Source of the DNA: Vermamoeba vermiformis
Taxonomy: Eukaryota
DNA: 20,950 nucleotides
Direction: 5' to 3'
NCBI GenBank assembly: GCA_045837725.1
Contig: JBEWZL010000188.1
Location: forward strand, 62,001-82,950
The position numbers were made by a program, and so were the translations under genes. The notes beneath the pieces were generated by a model, which was given only the letters and a program-made list of their open reading frames with translations, was not told where the DNA came from and did not search any database. Within the stretch, counting starts at the first letter, position 1. Each line of letters opens with the position of its first letter. Shown here in pieces: positions 1-12,108 of the stretch.

Positions 1-1724
1 ACTGCATTGTGACTTTAAGAACGTTTTGTAACTTTTGAAGGTCTAAAAATAGCGTCAAAGTTAGTTGTCAAATTGTTTCAGAGAAAATATATAACATTTC
101 ACTTACCGTTCCAAAACGCAGAAGTAATTGCTTTAATTTCTTCGACCTTATTACTGCATGATTTTAATGTTTCTTGTTGCTGCTTAATACTACAATAATA
201 AAAGAATTAGTAATTATTCAACACTTCCTTCGAATGTTCCGACCGGAAAAAATGCAATTTTATACTTAAAAAAGCGATTAATATGTTATAAAGCACGACT
301 ATAAACAGTTCATTATTAATATAGTGCATCGTTTAATCAACGTGAAAAGTTTTAAGTGAAAATCAAACTACTTACTCAAAATCCATTTGCCTGTCCGTTT
401 CTACTTTAACATTTTGATCCAATTCTTTAATTGACCGCGTTAACTCGCTAAATTTCCACCGCAACAAATCTGTTTCATTTGTGATTCGTTAGTCCAGCTC
501 GCACAAAATCAAATGAGTACTGGTCTTAAACTTATTCTTACCGTCTTGTTCTTTGCATCGCTTAGCCCAATCACGCAGCTTATCCACGGGTATAAAATCA
601 ATTAATGTCTTGTGTTGCTCGTCAACTAATGCCGGATCCAATTTTGTTTCTCGGAGTTTTTGCAACGTTGAGTCCATATTCTTAAATAATTTGTCATGCT
701 CTTCTTGTTTTCGATTCACGTATTCAGTGAACGGGTCGAATATTTGCAATAACTTTCTGTCATAATCATTCAAGTTTGCAATGGCTGACCGAATTGCTGC
801 CAATTGATTTTGTTGCTCGAAATGGCTTTGTATTATTAATCTTAACGAAGCATCTGACGAATCTAATATGGCCTATTATAGTAATAAAATTATTATTAAT
901 CGAAGATAGCGTAATAATTTGTAATCTAAATCAAATCTCGAATTTGCAATTGCTGCGAGGTAAGATTATTCATTAATGATAAATTATGGATGAAGGGGAA
1001 TAATATTGCAATTATTTAAATAGCGCTGCAAACGCAAAGCGTAATTTTCCTTGAAAAAGTGTCGATCTGGATCTTTTTCGGCTTACCTTGGCAATATTGT
1101 ATTGATAGGAGAATTTCTGCTCGTATTGTTTTAAGTTTCTAACATGTACTGGCTCCGCTGGATTAGGTACAAACACGGGTTGCTCCGGTACTAATTGAAA
1201 TTTATTAAATTGAGATCAGATCCCGAAAACTCGATCAGAAAAAAATTAAATTGATTTCTATTACTAATTTCATTTGCAAATATAACATGAATATTATTCT
1301 TATTGTCCTATAAATTAAACTCACAATTTATAAGCGGAATCTCGTAATAGGTCTCGCTGGGTGGCGCTGAATCGATTCCCAATTGTCTCTTATCATACAA
1401 AAATATTTGCTTATCCTAAAATATTAATAAAAATATTAGTACTGCAATTTTCCTTTCATAAAGCAACGTATGAGCTCACCTGAGTTAATCCGAGCTCTGC
1501 AAACGTTTTTTGAGCCGGCAATTTCGTTCCCTCGCATAATAATATTTGCTGATCGACGGGAATATTATAATTCTCGTATACTTTTTGCTTTACATGATCA
1601 ACGCTGCATGGAAGGTTAATCCAGAATTATTTCATAATTTATTCTTTATTTTTTCAGCTTACGTGGCATTAGATGGAAAGTTAACATCAATAGATGCACC
1701 GTTATCTGCTCGTATAATTTTCAT
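1..1724 (-). CDS. ATG11: Autophagy protein ATG11/RB1CC1(FIP200)-like; 5' part of the gene, which continues past position 1
   Basis: Phase-consistent GT-AG splicing from ATG 1724 (exons 1724-1663, 1603-1480, 1415-1325, 1190-1087, 872-542 and three more). This gives an N-terminal ubiquitin-like region (MKIIRADNGASIDVNFPSNATVDHVKQKVYENYNIPVDQQILLCEG...KQIFLYDK). It is followed by the ATG11/ATG17-like helical region (QLAAIRSAIANL...LQKLRETKLDPAL...TLIDFIPVDKLRDWAKRC). Confidence 0.85.
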
Positions 1725-2618
1725 TTGTAGTTATCACTTGCAAGTAACTGTGTTATAGATGTAGATCTGAGCAAAGACCAAAACGCTCTGTGAGAGTTGT
1801 CTATGCTCGTGATCGTCAATAAATATATCTAACAATATAAATAATAAATAAAAAAAATGAGACTTGTGTGTGTTGTCTCTCTTAAGAATACAAGAAAAAA
1901 ATAATTCTCATCCGCGCGAAAAAATCAATTCGTGAAAGATTGGAAACGTGGGCTTAAGAAGAACGAATGGCTCAAAAAAATCTTCAATTGCCGTGGTGCC
2001 TGAGGAAATCAGAATTGAAATAGGTATTGAATTGTGATTTTGTTTTTGATCTTTTTCGTTCGCTTTCTGTGCCAATAATTCCGAAGCTATCAGCAGCAAA
2101 TATTTTTGTCATAATCGCCTAAATATTCTCTTTTTAATTCTATCTTCTGTCTCGGTGAAATCAAAAAATAAAAATGTGCCGGTGGGATATCGCGTACTGA
2201 TTTTTGCGGTGTGTTTTTTTCTGCGTCGGGACCAAAATATTTTGAATTTTTGAATGGCTTGGGGCCATTGTTCCTCCTCTTCCTCCTCTTTCTATCTCTT
2301 TTTCTCTCCATTTGTTTCTCGCAATTAGGCAATTTTCGTTTTACCAAAAATCGTATCACTCGAAGTCAGCTTAGCCCAATAAAACAAACCGCGTACTACT
2401 AACATCACGTGACGAAGAATTACGTAACTTAAAGCTTTAGTAGTAGATCTGACTTCCATTAGGCTTCTTCAAAATGGAAGATCTGTTTTGCCACGTAAGA
2501 TCCCAGAACGGAAGAACTGTCGCTCAAAATTAACAACATTTACTCTAATTACAAAAAAATTATGTTCAAATTTGCTAACAACAACTTTTTACAATCAAGG
2601 CTGAGCAAGATCTAATAA

Positions 2619-5003
2619 TTAGTCCTGCATCTGATCCTCACCACCTTCATCCTCTTCATCATATTCCTCGCTTTCATCATCTTGCTCATCAATGCTAGGA
2701 TTGGTGTTCGTATTGTTGTTATTATTGTTAGCAAGTGCAGCAGCCTCAGCAAAGTCTTTTTCAGCGTCATAATTCCAGATCTTGCAAGTTCCATCCCACT
2801 GCACAAATGGAGTCAGATAATCGCTATCATTAATATAGAATATCGACGCCTATCACTTACCGATGCAGACAATAACAACGGTTGATGAGGGTGCCAATGC
2901 ACATCACGAACGATTCCTCTGTGGCCTGAAAGTCGCTTCACGATCTCACCAGTCAGCACGTCATACACTAAACAGATTGATATTAGTACTCATACTATAG
3001 TATTTGTGCCTTATTTACGTACCAACGACGGTACCGTCGTAAGATCCGGTGTAAATGTAACGCTGTCCCGTTGTTTGTACTGGCGAGAAACGACAACGAA
3101 TTAACGTTTGCAAAACTTTATGGCCACTAAAAATAGGTCAGTAATGTGTATATTTATGATTATTACTATTATACGCACCGATATTCCATAACTGATTTGT
3201 CGTCTGGATGTCTCGGGAAATTTCTCGGCATGAATCGTCGCTGAAGATAAAATCGATCGATTAATCTCTAGCCAACTATTATTACACTTGCAACGTGCTA
3301 CATGATACTTACGTAATCGTACCACTGATTTCCAGCGCGTCTTGGTTTTCTAGGCATTTTGTTATCCATTTTACGCAAGTCCCAGAGCTTGATCGCCTGG
3401 TCTTTACCGTTGCTGATAATATAATGGCCGTCCATTTTTGAGTCGATGAATGTAATGCCCTCTGCATGACCTGCGAAAATTCCGACAGGCCCGTCGTTTA
3501 AAGCACGTCTGTCCCAGATCTTGACAAACGCGTCATCACTACCACTACACAAGGTCTGCGAAGTGTTGTCTAAGAAACACACGGCATTGACGTCATCATC
3601 GTGTGCATCGATGCGCGCTGATCGCACGCGTCTGTCCAAATCGTAAAAGTACAACGCAGCGTCACTACTTCCACCGACAATCTCGCGACTGTCAGGACTG
3701 AACTGTGATGAGAACAAGCAGAACCGTTGTTGTGGAGGTCTATATACGACAGGATTAGTATACAATTAACTTCTTAACGCTATTCAAACATTACGTACTT
3801 CATGTCAAGTGCTTCGTGAACCTCGTGGTCACCGCTTGTGTTACACAAGTGTACTGCATCGGAGATTAATTTGAGTTGCAAATACTAATAGAAGGACATA
3901 CCGTAGTTAGACCACGACGAATAAATGACCCATTGTTGATTAGGACTATAGTCTGTACTGATGATAGACCAGCCTATGTCACGTGCAATAATTTGCTTCA
4001 CTTCTTTCCACGTCTCAGTGTTATACAATCTAATGACAGAGTCTATAATAAAATTGGTACTAATGTCTACAATAAGCGAATTAGCGATCCTACCTTGACA
4101 AGCAGACAAATACAAAGATCCATCTTGACTGAACATGCCACAAAACACGTGCTCGCTATAATTGTCCAACGGCTTCATCTTGTTAGGAACCATTCTGCTG
4201 GCGATATGGCGCCTAGCTCGCGATGAAAATGACGGAGCTGTTCTGTGCAGGCCACGGACCTTTGCCTAAAAAAGGTATGAGAATCGTTGCGACTAAAAAT
4301 CTTCTGTTCGAATTCCTTACCTGCTAACTTTGGCTTGCTAAACATATTTTGGTGGCTTATTTCTCGCTGTTGGCAAATATTTAATTAATTACGCATAAGT
4401 GGTGCGGATTGGAAAAACGGAGAAATTTGAGATCTTCGTTATTCGATGACCTAAGGGTACAAAGGACTGTTTACCTGTCTAATCATTTTGTGTATAGACG
4501 TGTTTGATTTGTCCGAGCTCGAAGCTGTGTAGCACAATTGTTCAACGTGGATCGGCGAGTGCTGAAATTAAATTAATAAATTGGCATTATTTTATAATAT
4601 CGTTAACTTGGTTATATCGGTGCACGCTCTTAAATAGCTTGGAATGAGATTATCCGATAATTTTCCAAAAGATCTTGAAATTTATCGTGCAAACTCAGCA
4701 AGCAAAACACTTTTACCAGTGAAAATTTTAAAACCCTTACATATAATGGCTCGTAGTTAGACTCCTGAGGCTCTTCTTCACCTTCTCCCTCTTCGTCGGC
4801 ATCCTGGCTGAAAATAGAAATTTATTATTAATTTACTGAACTCGCCAAAGCCGACCACGCCAATGATTTATATTAATTTTATATTTAACTTTCCTAGGAT
4901 CTTCGTAATATTCATCGTCATCATCGTCGTCTCCTTGTTGCCCAAGCAAGTACTGCGATAACAGCTGTATCAACATATTACGAGACATTTGTTCGCGGCT
5001 CAT
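2619..5003 (-). CDS. DCAF11: DDB1- and CUL4-associated factor 11 (WDR23/LEC14B-like) WD40 protein
   Basis: Spliced translation gives family-typical segments: FCGMFSQDGSLYLSACQ, IGWSIISTDYSPNQQWVIYSSWS, AHDDDVNAVCF, SGSDDAFVKIWDRR, GHAEGITFIDSKMDGHYIISNGKDQAIKLWDLRK, YRGHKVLQTLIRCRFSPVQTTGQRYIYTGS, GHRGIVRDVHWHP. There is an acidic N-terminus and an N/E/D-rich tail, with stop TAA at 2621-2619. The N-terminal exon junctions are less certain. Confidence 0.9.
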
Positions 5004-5429
5004 AATTAAAATATACTTCTTTATCGATACCGTTGGTTATGGTGGAAGTATTGCGTCAAACACGAAACTGATCGATCCCTCTCGTGACCGAAAATTTTCT
5101 GTTGGCCAGAATAACCGAGGATACGAAAAACACAAGCTGCTCGACATATTAATTGCTACATAGTATCTTATGTTCAATATTATACCTTCGAGTACCATTG
5201 CAACACGCCAGCAAACCTCAAAGGGTTATGAAGAAAAAATCTTTTGGGAGCGTTTCATGAGTCGATAATTTACGCCAGTCGTGTTACCTCAAAGCTTGCG
5301 ATAACAATATTCTTCGTTGGTATTTGATTCCAGCCCATTTGCCATTTGGGTTACTGACTGAGCGGTCGGCGAGCAACTGTTACGTACCCCAAGCAGATTT
5401 TGCAGTAAAAATTATGTTACACGTTAGAA

Positions 5430-7757
5430 ATGAATGGCAAGACTAAGATTAGCGATGATAGAAAGCTACCAGCATCGGGAGATAAGAGATTCCAATCCGA
5501 AACGGTAACTTTTTTTGTTTTCCTTCCAACATTTTGAATTATTATCTTCAGCTGAAATTTATATCGAATCAATACCCGTAATAAATTTGCACGAGCAAAT
5601 ATTAAATTAGGAAATTATGGTAGGGCTCTGGTAGTCGATCAACCCTCATCCCTCTTGTGGTCTTACTTCTCGCTGTATTGCTCGGTTTTGTTTATTATCA
5701 ACGTGCACATAGTCCAGTGTCATCGAATGAGCAAATAATTTTCTCTGCAAGTAGCGAGGCTGTCGGAACCGAATCTTCTCCAAGCCAGAGCGATGAGCGT
5801 CAGACAACCAAAAGTGTTGAGAAGGCTGCCGATAACCGAGACTTATCATTACGCATTGACGAAGACCATAAAGCAACGGCCACAGAAGCCACAGAAGCCA
5901 CAGGGTCCTCAGAAGATGAAACAAAAGTTGCTGCATCTTCCAGTCACCAACTTTCCGAAGTAAAAGAGAGCGAAGACACTCAACTTGGCGAGGAGTACTC
6001 GCAAAAATGTAAAATAGGACGTGGTGGAATACCAAAAGTACCGAGTACGTATCGATAAGCAATATTCTGACCGCACTAGCAGCTCACCTTCGATCCAAAG
6101 GCCGTCACGAAGGAAAGATCGATGTGATTCAAGGAAGACCTGAAGTAGACTTCTTTTACGACAATTACGTTAGACCTGGCAAGCCTGTCGTTATCAAGAA
6201 TGCAATGAAGAATTGGAAGGCTATAGAGTCGTGGACAGATGCGTACTTGAAGGAGAAGATCGGCGACAAGCTGATGAAGGTAAGATTTGAATCATTCTCA
6301 AAAACCTTTATCAAAATAATGTGGACAACTTGATACTCTTATTGGAACCCTCATAATCCCTAATAATGAGTTTTACTCTGTGCGTGACACGCGATCGCCT
6401 GTTAATTTTTGTAACACAGGCGCATTTTTAACGTTAATATGTAGGTAGAGAGGTCTTATAACAAAGAGTTTGGCTACTTGGCCGATGAGAAGACCAAGTG
6501 GTCGTTTTCAAACATGACGTTCACGAACTTCACTGAGGTCTACTTGATCCCGAAGCCTACAGACAAAAATGCTATTTGGGAGCATTACTATCTTGATTCA
6601 GGTACGTCATTGGATTGCAAGACTCTTGAAGCAACTGAATTTTGCTCGGTTTACCTGCGAGCACTCGCCCTTCTTCTTTCACGCTGGTCAATTGACAAGT
6701 TCTTTCAGAGTTTCCTGAAGAGCTAAGGGCTGACGTGCATTTGCCCGATTGGATCCCTTGCTTGCACGACGAACCACCTCCATTCTTCCGTTACACGAAT
6801 ATGTGGATGGGAGGTGGAGAAGAGATCTCGCTGCTTCATAATGACTGGGAAGATAACCTGTTGCACGTAGTATCAGGTAAGCACCAAAGTGTCAAAACCA
6901 TTGGTGATCCGTGTTTTTTTTCGTTGTTTGAAATTTCATACTTTTTGTGGAGTCTTGGCTGCAGGACCATAATTATTTTCGCTACCAAGGCCATCACCGG
7001 CCATAAGGTGGCAAAATTTTCATTTACTTTTTGAAGGTGCATAGTCATAGTGCTACTTCGTAAATCTTTCTGATTTTTAAAAAAAAAAAAACAAATCCAA
7101 AAAAACCACAAAAATCAAAATCGTGCAAAAACTCATAAATATCGCAAAGAACCCGCCACACGCGGGCAAAAAACCAATATGGCTGCTGCTGAAAAAAAAT
7201 TTCGAAACAATACTTCGTCTCCTTTGTAAATGTACGTAATACGTTAAATACTTCGTGGTGCCCTCCTTAATTGGAGTGCTTCTTTCAGCGGCACTAGACG
7301 CCATCACCTTCTTTTTTTCTCGCGAACAAACATACATCCAGCTAGAGCTCAATTCTTACCTTTTTACGTAGGGTACAAGCTGTTCACGTTGATAGACCCC
7401 AAGACTCCGAGCGAATACCTTTACGAAGTTTATGACGACAAAGTCACTGAAACAAAATTGTCACCTGTGAATCCAACAGATCCGGACGTACTAACAAAGT
7501 ACCCTCTATTCGCTCATGCGCAACCAATTCAAGTCCTACTAGAGCCCGGCGATATCTTGTTCATACCAGCATTGTACTGGCATCAAGTCAACTCGTATTG
7601 CCGGCACATCTCCGTAAACATATGGTGGGACACGCATCGTTTGCGTGACATAACCGAGTACGTGTACTTCCACAAGACCGCTGATTGTGTAAAGAGATTA
7701 CATAGGCGATTGCCTGTTTGTAAGTGGAAAAGACGGAAGGATAATAAAAGAGCTTAG
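5430..7757 (+). CDS. JmjC (cupin-like, FIH/JMJD5/JMJD7-type) 2-oxoglutarate/Fe(II) dioxygenase with an N-terminal transmembrane anchor
   Basis: Exons are ~5430-5504, 5624-~6008, ~6080-6279, 6445-6601, 6709-6876 and 7372-7757. Motifs include KPVVIKNAMKNWKA..W, NMWMGGGEEISLLHNDWEDNLLHVVSGYKLFTL (HxD) and LEPGDILFIPALYWHQVNS (distal His). The hydrophobic segment LIPLVVLLLAVLLGFVYY is followed by an S/E/T-rich linker. The start codon and the exon 2/3 junction are tentative. Confidence 0.85.
5879..5903 (+). repeat. Short coding tandem repeat (GCCACAGAA)x~2.8 encoding ATEATEAT
   Basis: GCCACAGAA GCCACAGAA GCCACAG is read directly in the linker exon of the JmjC gene. Confidence 0.9.
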
Positions 7758-7968
7758 TAACTACACAACACGATTGATGTACTTTGGCTCGCGTTTCTCG
7801 GCGGATACTCTTAAAAGGACCGCAACAATCGTCGATATTGCTATCCAAAGATTGACAATATTATTACATTTATTCATATTTACAATTATATGTAAGATGG
7901 AACCAGATGGATCCAGGGATTGGAATCCGGATCTTTGCTCATGACCACGACGTGTTTCTCGTCTCGTC

Positions 7969-8676
7969 TTACTTTGACGACTGTTTGTAACCAGATGTAT
8001 CGAGAATCTTACGGCCGCACATTGAACAAATACCTATAATCAGGCCAAGTGTTAGAATGCGTAGTAAATGAAACGAAAAATGAGAGCGCCCATCATTCCG
8101 AAGCATTAAGGCCGGACTAAATATTTGGTTTCAAGAGAAAAGTGTCGTACCTTTTTTGTAAGCGCATTCAGTGCAGTAAGCACCCTTCTGGTGCAACTTG
8201 GATTTGCAAATTCTGCATCTGCTTTCGTAAGGATCGGATCTAAACAGTAGTTAGAATGGCGAATATTAATATGGATGGTTTTTGGCTAAATTCTTACCTG
8301 TTCCGTTCTTTGGCCATGAGTAGTGTGTTTTTACCAGTTCTTACGGACGAGCCAGATCTAGCAAAAAAATTGTTAAAATTCTAGTTAAATGCTACAAAGG
8401 ACAATATTTATGTCTGCAATTCAAGCACGCATCCACAAATTAATTAGCAAAATTAAAGAAAAATATAGTAATTTTAGAGCTCATTCTGATCATCATAAAT
8501 TACTCCTATTATAACCTACGTATTTTTAGCACCTTCTTTCCATTTATCGGGAACGACGACTGTTCCAAGCTTTTTCTGACCTAAACTGCGAGATTAGCAA
8601 TCTGACGTCTTGTTTTGCCCAAAATAATAATTATCCTCATTGGATAATCGATTAACATACATGTTTCGCAAACCAT
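7969..8676 (-). CDS. CRIPT: Cysteine-rich PDZ-binding protein (CRIPT)
   Basis: Five small exons missed by the ORF track join to MVCETCQKKLGTVVVPDKWKEGAKNTSGSSVRTGKNTLLMAKERNRSDPYESRCRICKSKLHQKGAYCTECAYKKGICSMCGRKILDTSGYKQSSK*. This has four CxxC pairs and closely matches the CRIPT consensus. Confidence 0.95.
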
Positions 8677-8806
8677 TGTTGTGGTATTTTGTTGTTGAAT
8701 TGAGTTTGACTGAGAAAATTCGTCCGGTCAAAAACATCGCTCGGTAACGTTAAAAATTATAATCCCCTAATGTACATAACACCACGAAAGCATACGTAAT
8801 ATATTA
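8677..8806. promoter_or_regulatory. Compact divergent intergenic region (probable bidirectional promoter) between CRIPT and the LBP/BPI gene
   Basis: Only 130 nt separate the head-to-head ATGs (8676 on -, 8807 on +). Confidence 0.55.
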
Positions 8807-10987
8807 ATGTATTATATACGCAATATTATCATCACAGCGCTCCTTGTAAGCACGATTGGACAGATTGCAGCTAATCCTCCTGGAGCAACTTTGCTAGTTT
8901 CTCAAAGTGGAATTAATGAAGCACAAAATATAGCAATACCTATATTGCAGAATCAGTTGAATAAGATTGCAATTCCTGATCTGCACACTAAAGTCCGTAT
9001 CCACCAGCAACAAATTTTTATTTTTCCTACAATTAATCATTTTGATTATAGAATTATATTATTATTTCGCAAATATATTTCTATAACGATGCGCTCTATT
9101 TACGTTCTGTTAAAAGAAATTTCATGGGCTTTTTCCTTAACCTCTACCTAGATGTGACCCTAATTGGAAACATCGACATTGATATCACAAGCATTCAGCT
9201 GTCTGGCGTTACCTTTCAAACAGCCGTTAAAATTGTACCTTCTACGGGCATTGCTATGACAATGTAAGCGCAATTATTCTTTCTTTAAAACCAAAAGTTA
9301 ACAAATGTAAATAGTTCCAACTTGGCTGCAACAGTGAACGCTAATTGGCATTATAAAGAGGTATAAATGATATTTTAATAATACCGTTAGCTAATAAGAT
9401 CAAACAGGAAAGCTGGCCGCATATCGGCGATCACGGAACTGTTGACGCGACTATTTCAAACACCCAGGTACTTCCTTTAATGCCCGCTGCATATAAATGA
9501 ATACTAACTGCCAGTTTAAGACCGATTTAATCATAGAAATTACGAACAACAACGGCCATCCAGTTGTGACTTTGGTTCAAGACGACGTCACGATCGGATC
9601 TTTGTGTAAGTCATTTGAACTACCTTCGTGCCTTGTAATAGAGCCTATTGTTATATAATATATGCTGATAACCTTTTCATAGCTGTTGAGCTGCATGGAG
9701 GTGCGAGTTGGTTGTACCAAGTTATTTTGGATTTGTTCTCGGGATATATCAAGTCTGACATTGAAAATGGTATCAAGGCCGGTATCGCTACTGCAATTAA
9801 TACGCAGGTTGCAAATTTCTTGGCAAAATTCCCTTTCGTTTTGCCGATCGACAAAAATGTTGAGGTTGATTTTACGCTGTCTGACAACCCGCTCTTCACT
9901 TCTGAGTTGATGGCTATCTTCTGCAAAGGTAAATATAGCATTGATAAGACATACAAAGATGTTATAATAACGCTGCAAATTATTTTAAGGTGAGTTGTTG
10001 GCACGAAATAATCCCGTGGAGTACCCGATCCCACCTCCTCAATTACCTGCTCCTGAAGCTGATAAGATGATTCGCGTAAGAACTAACGGAAATAAGTACT
10101 ACTTGGTCTTATATTAATATTGTCCTTATTAGATCTTTGTGACGGACTACACTTTCGGAAGTGCCGCGGCAGCGTACTACCAGTCAGGAATTATGCACGT
10201 GACTTTTACGAACAAAAATATTCCCGCCAATTTCCCAGTCAGTTTGAACACTTCTAGCTGGCAATGTAAGCCAAAGAATAACATCGTTTAATATGCATAG
10301 ACGCAAGCTCATGTTTTTATTTCAGTCTTGTTGCCTAATTTGTACTACAAATATCCTAATATGGCAATGCAAATTGACGTGCAAGCAGTTCAAGCTCCAG
10401 ACGTTATTATTAATAGCACTGGTGAGTATTCGGATCGCGGATCGAATCAGGGTATCATTCTCATGCTTATTCTATTCTAGGTGTTACCGCAGAGGTAGCA
10501 GGTTCCATGGTTATTTCAGTTATTGATTCAAAGCAAAAGTTAATTCCTTGCGTGACTATTTCTATCGACGCAGCATTGACCGTGAACGTCAAATTGAACT
10601 CGACCTCTCTCATTCCTTCTTTGCTCTACGACTATAGCTCTATTACTTTGAAGGTATGTAATAGCCTTATATATATTGCACTACCACTGTTTTGGTTGTT
10701 GCTCTGAAGTGTTCGATCTGATTGCCTTTTGTATTTAGAACTCCACTATTGGCCCTGTGTATTCAATTACATTTATCGGAGAGATGGTCACTTTTGTCAT
10801 TCAAAACATTGGTGTGCCTATGGCTAATGCAGTACTTAGTCGTGGCTTCCCTCTGCCGATCATCCCTGGAACGGATTTGGTTAACACGGAGCTCTCATTC
10901 CAGGACCGCTACTTAATGGTCGATACAGACTTTACCACGAGCACGTCCCACGTTGCTAATGATCTTAATAGAATTGTAGTTGTTTAA
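8807..10987 (+). CDS. Secreted LBP/BPI/CETP-family (TULIP) lipid-binding protein with two BPI domains
   Basis: Eleven phase-consistent exons. Signal peptide MYYIRNIIITALLVSTIGQIAA is followed by NPPGATLLVSQSGINEA...IAIPDL, VNANWHYKEESWPHIGDHGTVD, VELHGGASWLYQVILDLF, DKMIRIFVTDYTFGSAAAAYY, LLPNLYYKYPN and ANAVLSRGFPLPIIPG...DRYLMVDTDF. Confidence 0.88.
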
Positions 10988-11104
10988 TGTACGTTTTAGT
11001 AAACTGAGTAAGAATTTCTTGCTTTTCAATAACCTGGCTAAAACCGGATATTTTTGTTTATTTCTTTTTAATTCAGTAATACCAACAAGAAACAAACCTA
11101 CAAT

Positions 11105-12108
11105 ATGTTTGCTTGTTTAGTTGCAGGCCGCTTGGCTCAAACTAATTACGTCCAACCTGCACCGGACAAGATCGCGTTTCAATTAGATAATGCAACAGGT
11201 AAATCTTTAATAAATTAATAAAAATTAATATAATATCGTGACGAAATAATTAGAGCGTCAGTTGGTCTCGCAGAACAAGATTTTTGTTCTATTGCAAATT
11301 GAAAAATTTTCAAACGAAATTTTAACAAATTTAATATTATAGAAATTCACCACTTATGCGTCTTTATGACTGGCGCGCAACCGTTGCCCGAAAATATGGG
11401 CGCAGTAATTTATATGGGCTGGCCACCATTCACGAACTGGATCTACTTGGGCTACTTGTCCAACAAAAAGCCCAGCGCTATTTTTAAAGTTCAACCTGTA
11501 AGTAAAATAATTGCTTTTTGTGCGTAAAATTTCAGGCAAATATTTTTTCTTGACAGATGACCCGATCGACTTACCTGTAGCAATATTAATGTTTGTTTTT
11601 AGCCTAAAGAAGAAAACCCTAGCGGAGGAGGATTTATGTTCCATCAAAATATGCAAGTTGGTCAGGTAAGCGCGGATCTTAAATAATGACGTAATCACTC
11701 GCCGTTACACGCGACTCTAACTAACTACAAACATGCTAAATATTATCATTGCGCATAATATACGATGCGCGCGAGTTGTGTTATAATTTATTAACCAACA
11801 GTCTATCATTACAGAATATTTCAGCTCAGATCGGAATTCAGTTGATGGATCTGACTGCTATTCAACACCAATACAATGTACATAAAGAAGAAGACGCCTC
11901 AACTATCACAACGAAGGCTAATGAATTCGTCGCCTTTTCACAAAAGATGCTGCTAAACTTTTTCAATTACGCATCTAGCTTCGCGACAGATGTGATGAAC
12001 AACGCTACTGGAAAGGCCGAAAAGATTATTCCAGCTAGTGTATTGGACAAATGGTATCAGAATTTCGAAGGCAAGTTGAAGCGAGACCCGTACTTCTGGA
12101 AGAATTGA
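11105..12108 (+). CDS. HIKESHI: Hikeshi/OPI10-family Hsp70 nuclear import carrier
   Basis: Four exons give MFACLVAGRLAQT..., EIHHLCVFMTGAQPLPENMGAVIYMGWPP...WIYLGYLSNKKPSAIFKV, SAQIGIQL, FSQKMLLNFFNYASSFA and KWYQNFEGKLKRDPYFWKN*. Confidence 0.95.

Noticed and set aside
2245-2269. Sm-site-like AATTTTTG followed by the hairpin AATGGC-TTGGG-GCCATT, resembling an snRNA 3' end
   Set aside because: No U1, U2, U4 or U5 hallmark sequence lies upstream (for example no GCCTTTTAC loop), and such words are common in AT-rich DNA.
2445-2484. Hairpin with TGA...GA, considered as a SECIS element
   Set aside because: The stem is too short, the TGA/GA geometry is on the strand opposite the flanking genes, and no in-frame Sec TGA was found.
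4238-4320. Apparent frameshift in DCAF11: the nearest acceptor (~4266) is out of phase with the donor at 4320
   Set aside because: A downstream AACAG acceptor at ~4238 restores the frame (KLAAPSFSSRARRHIASRMVPN). The junction is uncertain but not evidence of a defect.
4804-4893. Possible GA-AG first intron in DCAF11 (AG|GAAAGT at 4893 to acceptor 4808)
   Set aside because: A canonical GT-AG intron of the same length shifted by 4 nt (4889-4804) keeps the frame, so no non-canonical site is needed.
7254-7297. GTGCC...GGCACTAG, considered as a Helitron 3' end
   Set aside because: The hairpin geometry is wrong (long loop, abutting CTAG), it is not followed by T, and no 5' end or second copy is evident.
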